Assembly: GCA_043809315.1 (NCBI GenBank)
Contig: JAZDDX010000035.1
Span: forward strand, 31,921-95,920
Direction of reading: 5' to 3'
Length of the DNA: 64,000 nt
DNA from: Pseudomonadota bacterium
GTDB taxonomy: Bacteria; Bdellovibrionota_G; JALEGL01; DATDPG01
Below are positions 9,630-19,518 of this stretch, piece by piece; position 1 is the stretch's first letter; each line of letters begins with the position of its first letter. The translations under genes and the position numbers were made by a program. A model generated the notes under the pieces. The model was not told the origin of the DNA. It searched no databases and was given only the letters and a program-made list of their open reading frames with translations.

Positions 9630-10464
9630 AAAAGCCGCGGCCGCTCTTCCGGCCGAGTCTTCCCTCGGTTACATATTTTCGAAGAAGGGGGGAGGGGCGA
9701 AACTTCTCGTCCTTCAGCCCCTTGTGCATCACCTCGATGATCGAGAGGACGGTGTCGAGGCCGATCAGGTCGGCGAGCTCGAGCGGCCCCATCGGCTGGT
9801 TCGTCCCAAGCTTCATCGCCTTGTCGATGTCGGCCGCGGTCGCGACCCCGGTCTCCAACGTGAAGATTGCCTCGTGGATCAGCGGCATCAGGACCCGGTT
9901 CACGATGAAACCAGGGGAGTCGGCCGATGTGACCGTATCCTTCCCCATCTTCTGCGCCGTCTCGAGGACCGCCTTGAGCGTCTCGTCCGACGTCTCTTTC
10001 CCGCGGATGATTTCGACGAGCTTCATGACCGGGACCGGGTTCATGAAATGCATCCCGATCACCTTCCCCGGACGCTTCGTGGCGCCGGCAAGCTGTGTGA
10101 TCGGAATCGAAGAGGTGTTGGAAGCCAAAATCGTTCCCGGCGCGGTCTTTTGATCGAGCGCTCGGAACATCTCCAGCTTGATCTCGATCTTCTCCGTGGC
10201 CGCCTCGACGATGAGCTGCGCCTCGCTCATCCCGCCGAGATCGGTCGTGGTCTGGATCCGAGAGATCGCCTCGGTTTTCTGCGCCTCGGTGATCTTCTGC
10301 TTCTCGACAAGCTTCGAGAGGCTCTTCTCGATCGCGCTCTTTCCCTTCCCGACCAATTCCGGCCTCACGTCGTGCAAAACAACGTGAAATCCGTTCTGGG
10401 CTGCCACCTGCGCGATACCGCCCCCCATCTGCCCGGCCCCCACAACTCCGATCGTCGTAATCAT
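9610..10464 (-). CDS. hbd: 3-hydroxybutyryl-CoA / 3-hydroxyacyl-CoA dehydrogenase
   Basis: 284-aa product from the internal ATG ([20 protein letters not shown]... Rossmann fold, [14 protein letters not shown]). The ATG at 10464 was verified. The upstream part of the 621-aa ORF is non-coding read-through. Confidence 0.85.
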   Translation of the reverse strand: MITTIGVVGAGQMGGGIAQVAAQNGFHVVLHDVRPELVGKGKSAIEKSLSKLVEKQKITEAQKTEAISRIQTTTDLGGMSEAQLIVEAATEKIEIKLEMFRALDQKTAPGTILASNTSSIPITQLAGATKRPGKVIGMHFMNPVPVMKLVEIIRGKETSDETLKAVLETAQKMGKDTVTSADSPGFIVNRVLMPLIHEAIFTLETGVATAADIDKAMKLGTNQPMGPLELADLIGLDTVLSIIEVMHKGLKDEKFRPSPLLRKYVTEGRLGRKSGRGFFEYGTR

Positions 10465-11636
10465 GACTCCACCCCCAACGCCACCGCCTCTCCCCCGCCG
10501 ATGCAGAGGGAGGCAACGCCCCGTTTTTTCCCGTACCGCTTCATTGCATACAACAGCGTGACCAAGATCCGCGCACCGCTCGCCCCGATCGGGTGCCCGA
10601 GCGCAACGGCCCCGCCGTGGACGTTGATCTTCTTCGGATCGATCTTGAGACGGTCGTTGACCGCCAGCGAGACGACCGAAAACGCTTCGTTGATCTCGTA
10701 GAGATCGACGTTCTCTTTCGACCAACCGAGTTTCTTGTGGAGCTTCTCGATTGCGTCCGCCGGGGCGATTGTGAACCAGGCCGGCTCCCGCGCCGCCTGC
10801 GCCTGCCCCACGATCCGCGCCATCGGCTTCAACCCCTTCGCTTTGGCGACCTCCGCCGCCATCAAGACGAGGGCCGCCGCGCCGTCGTTCAGCTTCGAGG
10901 CGTTCGCCGCCGTGATCGTGCCGTTCTTGTCGAAGACCGGTTTGAGTTCGGCGATCTTGTCGAACCGGACTTTTCCCGGCTCTTCGTCCTCCGAGACGAC
11001 CGTCTTCTCCCCTTTCCGCCCTGCGATCTCGACCGGAACGATCTCCTCCTTGAAATACCCCTCTTGGACCGCCCGTTGCGCCCGCTCGTAACTTTCTTTG
11101 GCAAAGGCGTCCTGGGCTTCCCGGCTGATCTTCAACTCTTTGGCGCAGAGTTCGCCAGCCGTTCCCATGTGGTAGTTGTTGTAGACGTCCCAGAGGCCGT
11201 CTTTGATCATCAGATCGACGATCTCTCCGTGTCCCATCCGTAACCCTTCCCGTCCTTTGGGAAGGCTGTACGGAACGTTCGTCATGCTCTCCATTCCGCC
11301 CGCGACGACGATGTCGGCATCCCCGGTGGCAATCGCCTGCGCGCCGAGCATCACCGCCTTCAAGCCTGAACCGCAGACCTTGTGAACCATCGTCGCCGGG
11401 ACCTTGTCCGGCAATCCGGCGAAGATCGTCGCCTGACGGGCCGGCGCCTGCCCCATTCCGGCCGGCAGAACGCACCCCATCAGGACCTCGCAGACTTCCC
11501 CGGGCTCAACCCCGGCCCGGCGGACCGCCTCCCGGATGGCAGCCGCACCCAGCTGGGGTGCGGAAAGTGCCGTTAGAGATCCTTGAAAGCTTCCGATCGG
11601 TGTTCGTGCACCGGAAATGATCCATGTCTCCCGCAT
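10461..11636 (-). CDS. Acetyl-CoA C-acetyltransferase (thiolase II)
   Basis: 391 aa with thiolase signatures ([37 protein letters not shown]). 4-nt overlap with hbd. Confidence 0.9.
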   Translation of the reverse strand: MRETWIISGARTPIGSFQGSLTALSAPQLGAAAIREAVRRAGVEPGEVCEVLMGCVLPAGMGQAPARQATIFAGLPDKVPATMVHKVCGSGLKAVMLGAQAIATGDADIVVAGGMESMTNVPYSLPKGREGLRMGHGEIVDLMIKDGLWDVYNNYHMGTAGELCAKELKISREAQDAFAKESYERAQRAVQEGYFKEEIVPVEIAGRKGEKTVVSEDEEPGKVRFDKIAELKPVFDKNGTITAANASKLNDGAAALVLMAAEVAKAKGLKPMARIVGQAQAAREPAWFTIAPADAIEKLHKKLGWSKENVDLYEINEAFSVVSLAVNDRLKIDPKKINVHGGAVALGHPIGASGARILVTLLYAMKRYGKKRGVASLCIGGGEAVALGVES

Positions 11637-11669
11637 GGCGCGGAAGATACCACAACGGGAAAAAGGGTC

Positions 11670-12023
11670 TTATTTCTTGGGTGAAACCTTCGGAGCGGCT
11701 GTGGGCGCAGCCGGTGAAGCGTCCGGAACCGACGCTTTCGCCGCCGGGGAAGCGACCGGAGTCGCATCTTTCTCCCGAAACACGCTCTGGGTCGACTCGT
11801 GGGCCGAGAGGTACGCCAGCGAAAGGCTGGTTCCCATGAAGATGATCGCGGCGTACCGGGTCATCTTGGTCAGAAGGGTCGCGGCTCCGCGGGGCCCGAA
11901 GATCGTGTTCCCGGCCCCTCCGAACGTGGCGCCGACATCGGCCCCCTTGCCGTGCTGAAGCAGAACGACTGCAACCAAGAAAACGCAGACTGTGATGTGG
12001 ATGACCGTCAGTGTCGTGATCAC
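11670..12023 (-). CDS. secG: Preprotein translocase subunit SecG
   Basis: 117 aa, two TM helices, SecG family similarity (LLQHGKGADVGATFGG). Canonical position downstream of tpiA. Confidence 0.8.
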   Translation of the reverse strand: MITTLTVIHITVCVFLVAVVLLQHGKGADVGATFGGAGNTIFGPRGAATLLTKMTRYAAIIFMGTSLSLAYLSAHESTQSVFREKDATPVASPAAKASVPDASPAAPTAAPKVSPKK

Positions 12024-12781
12024 GTGGACTCCCCGTATTGGACGATGTCGGCGAAACTCCGGGCATCCAAACTGGCGCCGCCGACCAAGGCGCCGTCGAT
12101 GTCGGGCTGGCTCATCAGATCTCTCACGTTCTCCTTGTTCACCGACCCGCCGTAGATGATCCTCATCTCCTGCGCGATTTCGTTCCGGAAGAGCGCCCCG
12201 AGTTTTTCCCGGAGGAAGCCGTGAACCTCCTGCGCCGTAGCCGGGGTCGCCGTGTCCCCCGTGCCGATCGCCCAGACCGGCTCGTAGGCGACGATGATCC
12301 GCGGTGCGTTGGCGTCCGAAATACCGCGGAGCCCCTCGCGGAGCTGGGTTTCGATCACGTCAAACGTCTTCCCCTGCTGCCGCTGCGGTTTCGTTTCGCC
12401 AAGGCAGAAGATCGGGGTCAGATCGTTCTCGAGAACCGCCTTAATCCTCCGGTTCACCGTCGAGTCGGTTTCGCCGAAATGGGTCCGGCGCTCCGAATGC
12501 CCGATGATCACGAACCGGGCGCCGGCATCGGCCAGCATCGCCGGGGAAACCTCCCCCGTGAACGGGCCGCTCTCCTCGAAGTGAACGTTCTGCGCCGCGA
12601 TCTGAACCGGCGTCCCCTGCGCGGCGATCTCCGCCGGATTGAGCGACGGGAACGGAGGGGCCACCACGATCTCGACGTCCTGCTTCCCGGACAAAAGTCC
12701 TTTGAGTTCGGTCAGCGTCCGGATGGTCTCCGACACCGTTTTGTTCATCTTCCAGTTGCCGATGATGATCTTGCGCCGCAT
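12020..12781 (-). CDS. tpiA: Triosephosphate isomerase
   Basis: MRRKIIIGNWKMN..., AYEPVWAIGTG, GGASL motifs. Confidence 0.9.
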   Translation of the reverse strand: MRRKIIIGNWKMNKTVSETIRTLTELKGLLSGKQDVEIVVAPPFPSLNPAEIAAQGTPVQIAAQNVHFEESGPFTGEVSPAMLADAGARFVIIGHSERRTHFGETDSTVNRRIKAVLENDLTPIFCLGETKPQRQQGKTFDVIETQLREGLRGISDANAPRIIVAYEPVWAIGTGDTATPATAQEVHGFLREKLGALFRNEIAQEMRIIYGGSVNKENVRDLMSQPDIDGALVGGASLDARSFADIVQYGEST

Positions 12782-12798
12782 AAAAAAGGAGGCGGAGT

Positions 12799-14007
12799 TT
12801 ACACCGCCACGGCCACCAGTCCAGGCAAAGGTTGCCCTTCCAGGTACTCCAGGCTCGCTCCGCCGCCGGTCGAGATGTGACTCATCTTATCCGCCACCCC
12901 CGCCGCTTCCACCGCCGCGGCCGAATCACCGCCGCCGATGACGCGGATCATGTTCAAGGTAGCCAGCGCTTTGGCGATCCCGAGCGTCCCCTGATCGAAC
13001 GGCGGCTTCTCGAAGAGCCCCAACGGCCCGTTCCAGAAAACCGTCTTCGTGTCTTTGAGGGCGTCGGCGAACAAGCGGACGGTCTGGGGCCCCACGTCGA
13101 GCCCCATGAAGCCGTCCGGGATCTCGAGGCCGTCGATCGTCTTCGGTTCCCCCGGGTTCTCGACCGAAACCCCAAGAACGAAATCTTTCGGGAGATAGAC
13201 ACGTACCCCGCGCCCCTTGGCATCCTCGAGCATCTTCTTCGCCCGGTCGACCATCCCCTCCTCGACGAGCGAAAGACCGACCTTGTGCCCCTGGGCCTTG
13301 AGGAACGTGAAGACCATCGCCCCCCCGAGGAAGATCCGGTCGACTTTCCGGATCAGCGTCTCGACCACCTTCACTTTGTCGGAGACCTTCGCCCCCCCCA
13401 TGATCACCGCGAACGGCCGTTGCGGGTTTTCGAGAAGCGGGGAGAGGAACCGGAGCTCTTTCATCACCAGGAACCCGATCCCGCGTTCTCCGGGAGCGAA
13501 CAGGCGAGGCAGCGCTTCGGTCGAAGCATGCGCGCGGTGCAAAGCCCCGAAAGCGTCGGTCACATAGAAATCGAACGATCCCCGGAGCTCTTTGGCGAAT
13601 TTTGGGGCATTCCCCTCCTCCTCGGCATGAAACCGAAGGTTTTCAAGCAACACCACCTGCTCCGGTTTCTGTTGGGAGAGGATCCGTCGGACGCCGTCAC
13701 CGATGCAATCGTCGGGAAGAGTGACATCCCGCGAAAGCAGCTCCGCCAGCTTCTCGGCCACCGGCAGGAGCGAGTATTTTTCGTTCGGTTTCCCCTTCGG
13801 CCGCCCTAGGTGCGAGGCCATCGTGACCTTCGCCCCTTTCTCCAGCAGGTACTTGAGCGTCGGCAAGGCCGCCCGAATTCGGGTGTCGTCCGTGATCTCC
13901 TTACCATCCAGAGGGACGTTGAGGTCGACACGCAGGAAGACCGACTTTCCCTCCAGAGGGAACTCTTCCACGGTTTGAAATTTCTGTTTTCCGAATGAGA
14001 TCGCCAT
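12799..14007 (-). CDS. pgk: Phosphoglycerate kinase
   Basis: 402 aa; RVDLNVP, SHLGRP and the C-terminal nucleotide-binding motifs. Confidence 0.9.
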   Translation of the reverse strand: MAISFGKQKFQTVEEFPLEGKSVFLRVDLNVPLDGKEITDDTRIRAALPTLKYLLEKGAKVTMASHLGRPKGKPNEKYSLLPVAEKLAELLSRDVTLPDDCIGDGVRRILSQQKPEQVVLLENLRFHAEEEGNAPKFAKELRGSFDFYVTDAFGALHRAHASTEALPRLFAPGERGIGFLVMKELRFLSPLLENPQRPFAVIMGGAKVSDKVKVVETLIRKVDRIFLGGAMVFTFLKAQGHKVGLSLVEEGMVDRAKKMLEDAKGRGVRVYLPKDFVLGVSVENPGEPKTIDGLEIPDGFMGLDVGPQTVRLFADALKDTKTVFWNGPLGLFEKPPFDQGTLGIAKALATLNMIRVIGGGDSAAAVEAAGVADKMSHISTGGGASLEYLEGQPLPGLVAVAV

Positions 14008-14008
14008 A

Positions 14009-14287
14009 TTAGTCCAGGATCACGAAATCGATTTTGTCGTACGGAAGGAAGATCTCTTCAAAGGGGAGCTCTTTCTCCGTCCGTTTCATGTTGCTGATGA
14101 CCTCCACGCGCATCATCAGGCCCGCGGATTTTTCCCAAAGCACCGATCCGGAAATGCGAACCGCATTTTCCAGGAGTTCCCGCTCCTCCCCTTCGTAGGA
14201 ATAACGAAAACGAAAGAGGGGGGTCTTCAGGAAAACCTCGACGTGCTTCCCTTCCAGCCCGTCGGTATGTTTTTTGGAGTCCGCCAT
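14009..14287 (-). CDS. Small hypothetical protein (about 92 aa from MADSKKH...)
   Basis: ORF between pgk and the Ser/Thr kinase gene (MADSKKHTDGLEGKHVEVFLKTPLFRFRYSYEGEERELLENAVRISGSVLWEKSAGLMMRVEVISNMKRTEKELPFEEIFLPYDKIDFVILD). I recognise no family. Codon usage looks coding. Confidence 0.35.
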   Translation of the reverse strand: MADSKKHTDGLEGKHVEVFLKTPLFRFRYSYEGEERELLENAVRISGSVLWEKSAGLMMRVEVISNMKRTEKELPFEEIFLPYDKIDFVILD

Positions 14288-14312
14288 CCTTAGGGGGCAG
14301 GGTCTATACAAA

Positions 14313-15422
14313 CTAACGGAGCATAGCAAGAAGACGATGCCCGAACCGCGCCCAGAGTTCCGCGGCGGCCACGGCCCCGATCCCGAGCCCCAAGGAGGCG
14401 GCGTAACGCCGTGCGAGAAGACGTTCCGACCAGGCGACCGGCTTCGCTTCCAGCGTCACGACGGAGGGGGTCTGCCAGGAGGGGGCGGGAAGTGGGTGAT
14501 CCGCTCCGGCGAACTCCTCGTCCGGGAACAGGAGCTTTAAGAAACGGGCCACCGTTGTCCGGTTCGATTTCGGGTACTCGCTCCGGAGAACCTCGCGAAG
14601 ACTGATCCCGAACTCGGCGGCGGAGGCGTGCCGGACTCGGACGCTGGCCGTCAGCGCTTTCAGAGTGGCGGCCTCGAGCGAGGCAGAGATATCCCCTCGC
14701 ACCGCCCGCATCGACGGAACCTGGCATTTCCGGACCGCCTCGATCGTCTCGGTCTCCTTCTCCCGCAGGAACAGGCGGGTGGAAAGAAGGGTTTCGTACA
14801 GGACGATCCCGAGGCTGAAGACGTCGGAACGGCGGTCGAGAAAGTGCCCGCGCGATTGCTCGGGGGACATGTAGCTGAACTTCCCGCGGATGATGCCGGG
14901 CTGGGTCTGCGTCCCTTTCTCCCGGATGTCGGCGATCCCGAAATCGGTGACCTTCGACATCCCCTCGCGGGTGACCATGATGTTCGATGGGGAGACGTCC
15001 CGGTGGATGATGTTGAGCGGCCGGTCGAACTGGTCGGCGCGGTTGTGGGCGTAATGAAGACCCTCGCAGATATCGGCGCCGATGATCAACGCCACATCGG
15101 GGGGGAACGGGATCTCCATCTGTCGCTGCCGGATGATGATCTCGGAGAGCGCTTTCCCGTCGACCCACTCCAGCGAGAAGAAGTAGGTCCCCGCGAGCTT
15201 GCCGAAGTCGAGGAGCTGGACGACGTGCGGATGTCGCAACCGGATCACGATCCGTGCCTCGTCCAGGAACATCTGGACGAACTTCGGCTGGGAGGCGAGG
15301 TCGGGGTGGATCTTCTTGATGGCGACTTTAAGGCCCGAAGTGGTCCGCGCTTCGTAGATCTCGGCCATGCCGCCGACGGCGACTTTCCGCTCGATCAGAT
15401 ATCTCCCGAACCGGCTTCCCAT
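14313..15422 (-). CDS. Serine/threonine protein kinase (Hanks type)
   Basis: GxGxxG/AIK lysine (VAVGGMAEIYEA...VAIKKI), catalytic loop HRDVSPSN, DFG, SPE motifs. C-terminal TM-like tail. Confidence 0.85.
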   Translation of the reverse strand: MGSRFGRYLIERKVAVGGMAEIYEARTTSGLKVAIKKIHPDLASQPKFVQMFLDEARIVIRLRHPHVVQLLDFGKLAGTYFFSLEWVDGKALSEIIIRQRQMEIPFPPDVALIIGADICEGLHYAHNRADQFDRPLNIIHRDVSPSNIMVTREGMSKVTDFGIADIREKGTQTQPGIIRGKFSYMSPEQSRGHFLDRRSDVFSLGIVLYETLLSTRLFLREKETETIEAVRKCQVPSMRAVRGDISASLEAATLKALTASVRVRHASAAEFGISLREVLRSEYPKSNRTTVARFLKLLFPDEEFAGADHPLPAPSWQTPSVVTLEAKPVAWSERLLARRYAASLGLGIGAVAAAELWARFGHRLLAMLR

Positions 15423-15456
15423 CCCCGGCTCGCGATTTTACCCGCAGAGGGCGGGT

Positions 15457-15672
15457 TTAGATATCTTTGATCTCCGTCTCGTTGAGTTCTCTCTGAAACC
15501 CGATCTTCTCTCCGGCGATTTCACGAAGCGATGTCACGATGTACTTGTTCTTCGCGCGGATCAGGGGGCGCGATCCTTTTCCCAGCTGCCGGGCCCGCTC
15601 CGCCGCCAGATGAACCAGGGCAAAACGGTTTTCCACCTGTTTCAGGCAATCTTCGATCGATATGCGCGCCAT
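15457..15672 (-). CDS. rpoZ: DNA-directed RNA polymerase subunit omega
   Basis: 71 aa; [30 protein letters not shown] matches the RpoZ N-terminus. Confidence 0.85.
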   Translation of the reverse strand: MARISIEDCLKQVENRFALVHLAAERARQLGKGSRPLIRAKNKYIVTSLREIAGEKIGFQRELNETEIKDI

Positions 15673-15719
15673 AGAGGGCGCTTCAGTACCGGGAAACCCC
15701 CCGGGCTGTCAAGCCGCGT

Positions 15720-17126
15720 TCAGTAGGTGTACGAGACCACGATCGTCGCCCCCGCGGCTGGCGGGGTGTCGAGGCAGACCTTGTTCCCGTACGGGTAAAA
15801 CTTGAAGCCGACCGACGTCCCGTTGACCTTGACCGATGAGATTCCGGAATCGCTGAACGGAATCGGCTGATGGGCCAGTGGGAAGCAGCTGTCCAGCCCC
15901 GCCGCTTGGAGTCCGAGTTTGTTCATGGCGGTCGTCCAGTCACCGCAGACTCCGTCGATTTCTCCTCCCGCGATGTCGATCGAGCCATCGCCGATGATCG
16001 GATCCTGGGCCAGGAGTTTGTACCGTTTGCCGATCTCCTCCGTTTGGTTTCTCTTGTGACACTCATCCGGACCGCTGACACCGAAGGTCACCACGGCGTG
16101 CGTGCGGACCTTTTCCCCCGCCGTCTTGAGACCGTTGAGGAACGTGACGTGGTTCGCAACCGTCGGAACAAACGCGTAGTACGGCTTCGAGATGTGGTTG
16201 GAGGAGAAGGAATCCTTCGAATTCCACGGACCGCACTTGTAGTCTCCCTTCTCAGAACTATGGCAATCGTTGCCATCCCAAAGATGGCCACGGTCCGCCA
16301 GATGTCCGGTCCCGCTGTGGCTGCCGTCCGTTAGGACTACCGCGGGCTCACCTGGGTCCGGCGAAAGTTGACTGATCAATGTATTGAGATCGATCAACTG
16401 CGATGAGTTCAGGTTGGCCGTCCCCGTTCCCGTCGCATACCAGGAACTCGAGCTGGTTTTGTTATCACTGTACGGATCCGGCTGGTCTTCCTCATCGCTC
16501 ACGTAGATGACCTGCAGGTCGGCCCCGGAACGTAAAAACCCGGAATTGAGCGGCGCCGCCGCTCCCGAGTACCAGGGACCGTGGGGGTAGTTGGAATCCA
16601 GTGCACGACGGACTGACTCCATCCCTTCCTCGTAACCCGAGCCATTCGTGCCGAGGACAGCACATTTTCCGAAACTCGATGCATTCGCATTCGTGATGAT
16701 CCGGCTCGAACACCCGCTCGGCAGACCGGCCATCGGGATGTCCGGATCGCTCGAGACCACCAGAATCTGATACGAAGAGACTCCCGAACTGGTCAGAAGA
16801 TCGGTGAATGCGTCGGCATTATTCTCAATTGCATCCTGGTTGTTCCCCATGCTCCCCGAGTTGTCGATCATCCAGACGATATCGACCATCGACGAGCCCG
16901 TCCCTTGCGTGAAGTTCTCGTCGTGGAGAGCCGGAACATATCCGGGAGGGGTCGGGTTGGGAGTTGGGTTGAAAGGATCAAATGGAGCCTCCGGTTGGTC
17001 GGTCAGCCCGGCTCCGGTGTCCTCAGCAGAGTACATGAATTGCATCCCGCTGGAGCAGCCGGCGAACCATCCGGACGCCACCACCAAAACAAGAAAAATG
17101 GACGTGCGAAGTACTTGATTTTTCAT
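15720..17126 (-). CDS. Secreted lipoprotein with von Willebrand factor A (MIDAS) domain
   Basis: Signal peptide plus lipobox (LVLVVASGWFAGC). DxSxS MIDAS motif (VWMIDNSGSMGNN). Ser/Gly/Asn/Asp-rich and Cys-containing C-terminal half. Local GC about 55%, against about 66% in the neighbouring genes. Confidence 0.7.
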   Translation of the reverse strand: MKNQVLRTSIFLVLVVASGWFAGCSSGMQFMYSAEDTGAGLTDQPEAPFDPFNPTPNPTPPGYVPALHDENFTQGTGSSMVDIVWMIDNSGSMGNNQDAIENNADAFTDLLTSSGVSSYQILVVSSDPDIPMAGLPSGCSSRIITNANASSFGKCAVLGTNGSGYEEGMESVRRALDSNYPHGPWYSGAAAPLNSGFLRSGADLQVIYVSDEEDQPDPYSDNKTSSSSWYATGTGTANLNSSQLIDLNTLISQLSPDPGEPAVVLTDGSHSGTGHLADRGHLWDGNDCHSSEKGDYKCGPWNSKDSFSSNHISKPYYAFVPTVANHVTFLNGLKTAGEKVRTHAVVTFGVSGPDECHKRNQTEEIGKRYKLLAQDPIIGDGSIDIAGGEIDGVCGDWTTAMNKLGLQAAGLDSCFPLAHQPIPFSDSGISSVKVNGTSVGFKFYPYGNKVCLDTPPAAGATIVVSYTY

Positions 17127-17295
17127 AGCTTGGACCTCCTTAAAGAGGGGGGTGTAACAAGAGCACGCAAGGGATGTGCCCTATTTTAGCTCAGGGTAGT
17201 GAGCGAAGATATTATTATTGCGGTGTTTTCAATGACGCTTCGGGTTGTGTTGGGGGCCGACTGACACCTTTTTGCAATGTTCCTAGTACCTTTTT

Positions 17296-17952
17296 TCATA
17301 CTGTCGTTTTCCGCAAGAATCGCCCAATGACCTCCTCATTACGCGAAATCTTCCGCCGTTCGGCCGAAACGATCGCCTCGAGCTGCCGGACCCCCTCCGC
17401 AACCCGATCGTTGATCACGAGGTAATCATACCCGCGAAGGGACCGAACCTCGCTTTGTGCGACGCGGATCCGACGGGCCAGGGACGAACGGTCCTTTTCC
17501 CGGCCGCGCAGACGCTTTCGCAACGTCGCAAGGTCGGGGGGGAGAACGAGAATCAGGACCGCGTCGGGGAAGAGGCGGCGGATCGCCCGACCCCCGTGTG
17601 ATTCGATCACGAGAACCAGGTCCTTGCCTGCGCGAAGCGGTTTTTCGACGGCCTGTCGGGAAGTGCCGTACCGATCCCCGTAAGCCTTCGCCCACTCCAG
17701 AAACGCTTTCTGCCGGATCATCTTTTCGAACCGGGCGCAGGAAACAAACGAGTAGTCCTGCCCGTTCTTTTCAACCGCTCGCGGGGCACGGGTCGTGTGT
17801 GACACCGTCCGGACCAATCTCCGGTCGCGACGGAGGAGATTCACGACGAGCGTCGTCTTTCCCGCCCCGGAAGGGGCCGAAACGACGAACAGGATCCCCC
17901 TACTCGAGGTTCTGCGCCTGTTCCCGGATTTTTTCGATCTCGCTCTTGGCAA
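17296..17952 (-). CDS. gmk: Guanylate kinase
   Basis: P-loop SAPSGAGKTT and guanylate kinase core (SHTTRAPR...E..G.DY.F). The N-terminal extension is uncertain. Confidence 0.85.
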   Translation of the reverse strand: MPRARSKKSGNRRRTSSRGILFVVSAPSGAGKTTLVVNLLRRDRRLVRTVSHTTRAPRAVEKNGQDYSFVSCARFEKMIRQKAFLEWAKAYGDRYGTSRQAVEKPLRAGKDLVLVIESHGGRAIRRLFPDAVLILVLPPDLATLRKRLRGREKDRSSLARRIRVAQSEVRSLRGYDYLVINDRVAEGVRQLEAIVSAERRKISRNEEVIGRFLRKTTV

Positions 17953-18766
17953 GAATCACCTCATCTACCGTTCCCAGATCGGACGACTTCGACCCGATCG
18001 TGTTGATCTCCCGGTTCATCTCCTGCAGGAGAAAATCGGTTTCGCGGCCGACGTCGCGGTCGGCCAGCGCCAACTCCTTGAGCCTCCCGACGTGGCTTCG
18101 GAGACGGACGATCTCCTCGCTCACATCCGCCCGGTCGACCTGGATCGCCGCCTCGGTTTCGATCCGCTTTGGATCGACCCCCGGCTCGCTCAGGAGTTCG
18201 GCCAGGCGTGTCCGGAGTTTCTCCATCTGCGCCGGTTTTGTCCGTTTCTCCGCCTCCGAAATCCGCGAAACGGCCGCATCGAGCCGGATCGTGCGCCTCA
18301 GGATGTCCTTTGCAAGATTCTTCCCCTCCCGTTTCCGGAAGTCTCGAAGCTCGCCGAGGGCACGATCGGCGGCCCGCAGAAAGAGACTCTTGGCGGAGGG
18401 ATCCGGCTCTTCCGCGTTGTTTCCGGCCGGAACCAGGCCGACCGCCGTTTCCAGGGAGACCGGATCGGCAAGGCGGAGTTTCTTCCGGATCTTCTCGAGT
18501 TCCTTCCACTTCGAAACGATCCGCTCGGCGTCGAGTCCCTTTTCTTTCGGGCTCAGCCGCTCGGTCTTCAAGATCAGGTCGAACTTCCCGCGCGCGAAGC
18601 TCTCCCGGACCTTGAGTGAAAGCAGATGCTCCAACTCCAGGAACTCCTTCGAAACGGACACTTTCACTTCCAGGTAGCGGTTGTTGACGGAACGGACTTC
18701 GACGATATACCGGCGCCCCCTCCCGTCGATCGAACCGCGGCCGAAACCGGTCATGCTGCAGGGCAT
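17900..18766 (-). CDS. yicC: YicC-family stress-induced protein (DUF1732)
   Basis: 288 aa; MTGFGRG...VEVRSVNNRYLEV N-terminal YicC signature. Typical yicC-gmk-rpoZ arrangement. Confidence 0.8.
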   Translation of the reverse strand: MPCSMTGFGRGSIDGRGRRYIVEVRSVNNRYLEVKVSVSKEFLELEHLLSLKVRESFARGKFDLILKTERLSPKEKGLDAERIVSKWKELEKIRKKLRLADPVSLETAVGLVPAGNNAEEPDPSAKSLFLRAADRALGELRDFRKREGKNLAKDILRRTIRLDAAVSRISEAEKRTKPAQMEKLRTRLAELLSEPGVDPKRIETEAAIQVDRADVSEEIVRLRSHVGRLKELALADRDVGRETDFLLQEMNREINTIGSKSSDLGTVDEVILAKSEIEKIREQAQNLE

Positions 18767-18831
18767 GACGACATCCTAGAAGTCTTTTCCCTTGCGGACA
18801 AGGTTCGCCGCGAAGTACGACTGGAAACGCC

Positions 18832-19518
18832 GTGAAGCTGAGCGTCCTGATCCCCGTTTTCAACGAATCGAAGACGATCGAGGAGATCGTCCATCGTGTC
18901 GCGGCTGCGCCCTACAACAAGGAGATCGTCGTCGTCGACGATGCCTCGACCGACGGGACGAAGTGGAAACTGGAAAAGCTCGCCAAGAGCCGGTCCGACC
19001 TCATCGTCCGAACCCACGAGCGGAACCGCGGCAAGGGGGCGGCCGTTCGTACGGCGCTCGAACATGCAACCGGGGATATCGTTTTGATCCAGGACGCCGA
19101 CCTGGAATACGACCCGGCAGACTATCCGACCCTCCTCCAACCGATCCTGGATGGGCGCGCTGACGTCGTTTACGGATCGCGCTTCCTCGGAGGGCCGCAC
19201 CGGGTCCTCTTCTTCTGGCACTATGTCGCCAACCGTTTTCTGACGACCTTCTCGAACGTGCTGACCAACCTGAACCTGACCGACATGGAGACCTGCTACA
19301 AGGTCTTCACCACCGACGTCGCGCGAAAACTGAATCTCCGTTCCGAACGTTTCGGATTCGACCCGGAAATCACCGCCCGGTTCGCGAAGCTCGATCTCCG
19401 GATCTACGAGGTCCCGACTTCCTACGCCGGCCGGACGTACGCCGAAGGGAAAAAGATCCGCTGGACCGACGGGCTGGTGATCCTCTGGAGTATTCTCCGC
19501 TTCAACTTTTTTTCGTGA
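18832..19518 (+). CDS. Family 2 glycosyltransferase (polyprenyl-phosphate sugar transferase-like)
   Basis: LSVLIPVFNE...VVDDASTDGT...QDADLEYDP DXD-type GT-A fold. GTG start at 18832. Confidence 0.8.
   Translation: MKLSVLIPVFNESKTIEEIVHRVAAAPYNKEIVVVDDASTDGTKWKLEKLAKSRSDLIVRTHERNRGKGAAVRTALEHATGDIVLIQDADLEYDPADYPTLLQPILDGRADVVYGSRFLGGPHRVLFFWHYVANRFLTTFSNVLTNLNLTDMETCYKVFTTDVARKLNLRSERFGFDPEITARFAKLDLRIYEVPTSYAGRTYAEGKKIRWTDGLVILWSILRFNFFS

Noticed and set aside
17190-17260. tRNA-like string (ttttagctcagggtagtgagcg) upstream of the vWA lipoprotein gene
   Set aside because: There is only a D-arm-like GCTC...GAGC match. No acceptor stem, anticodon arm or T-arm can be formed, and the surrounding sequence is AT-rich promoter-like DNA.
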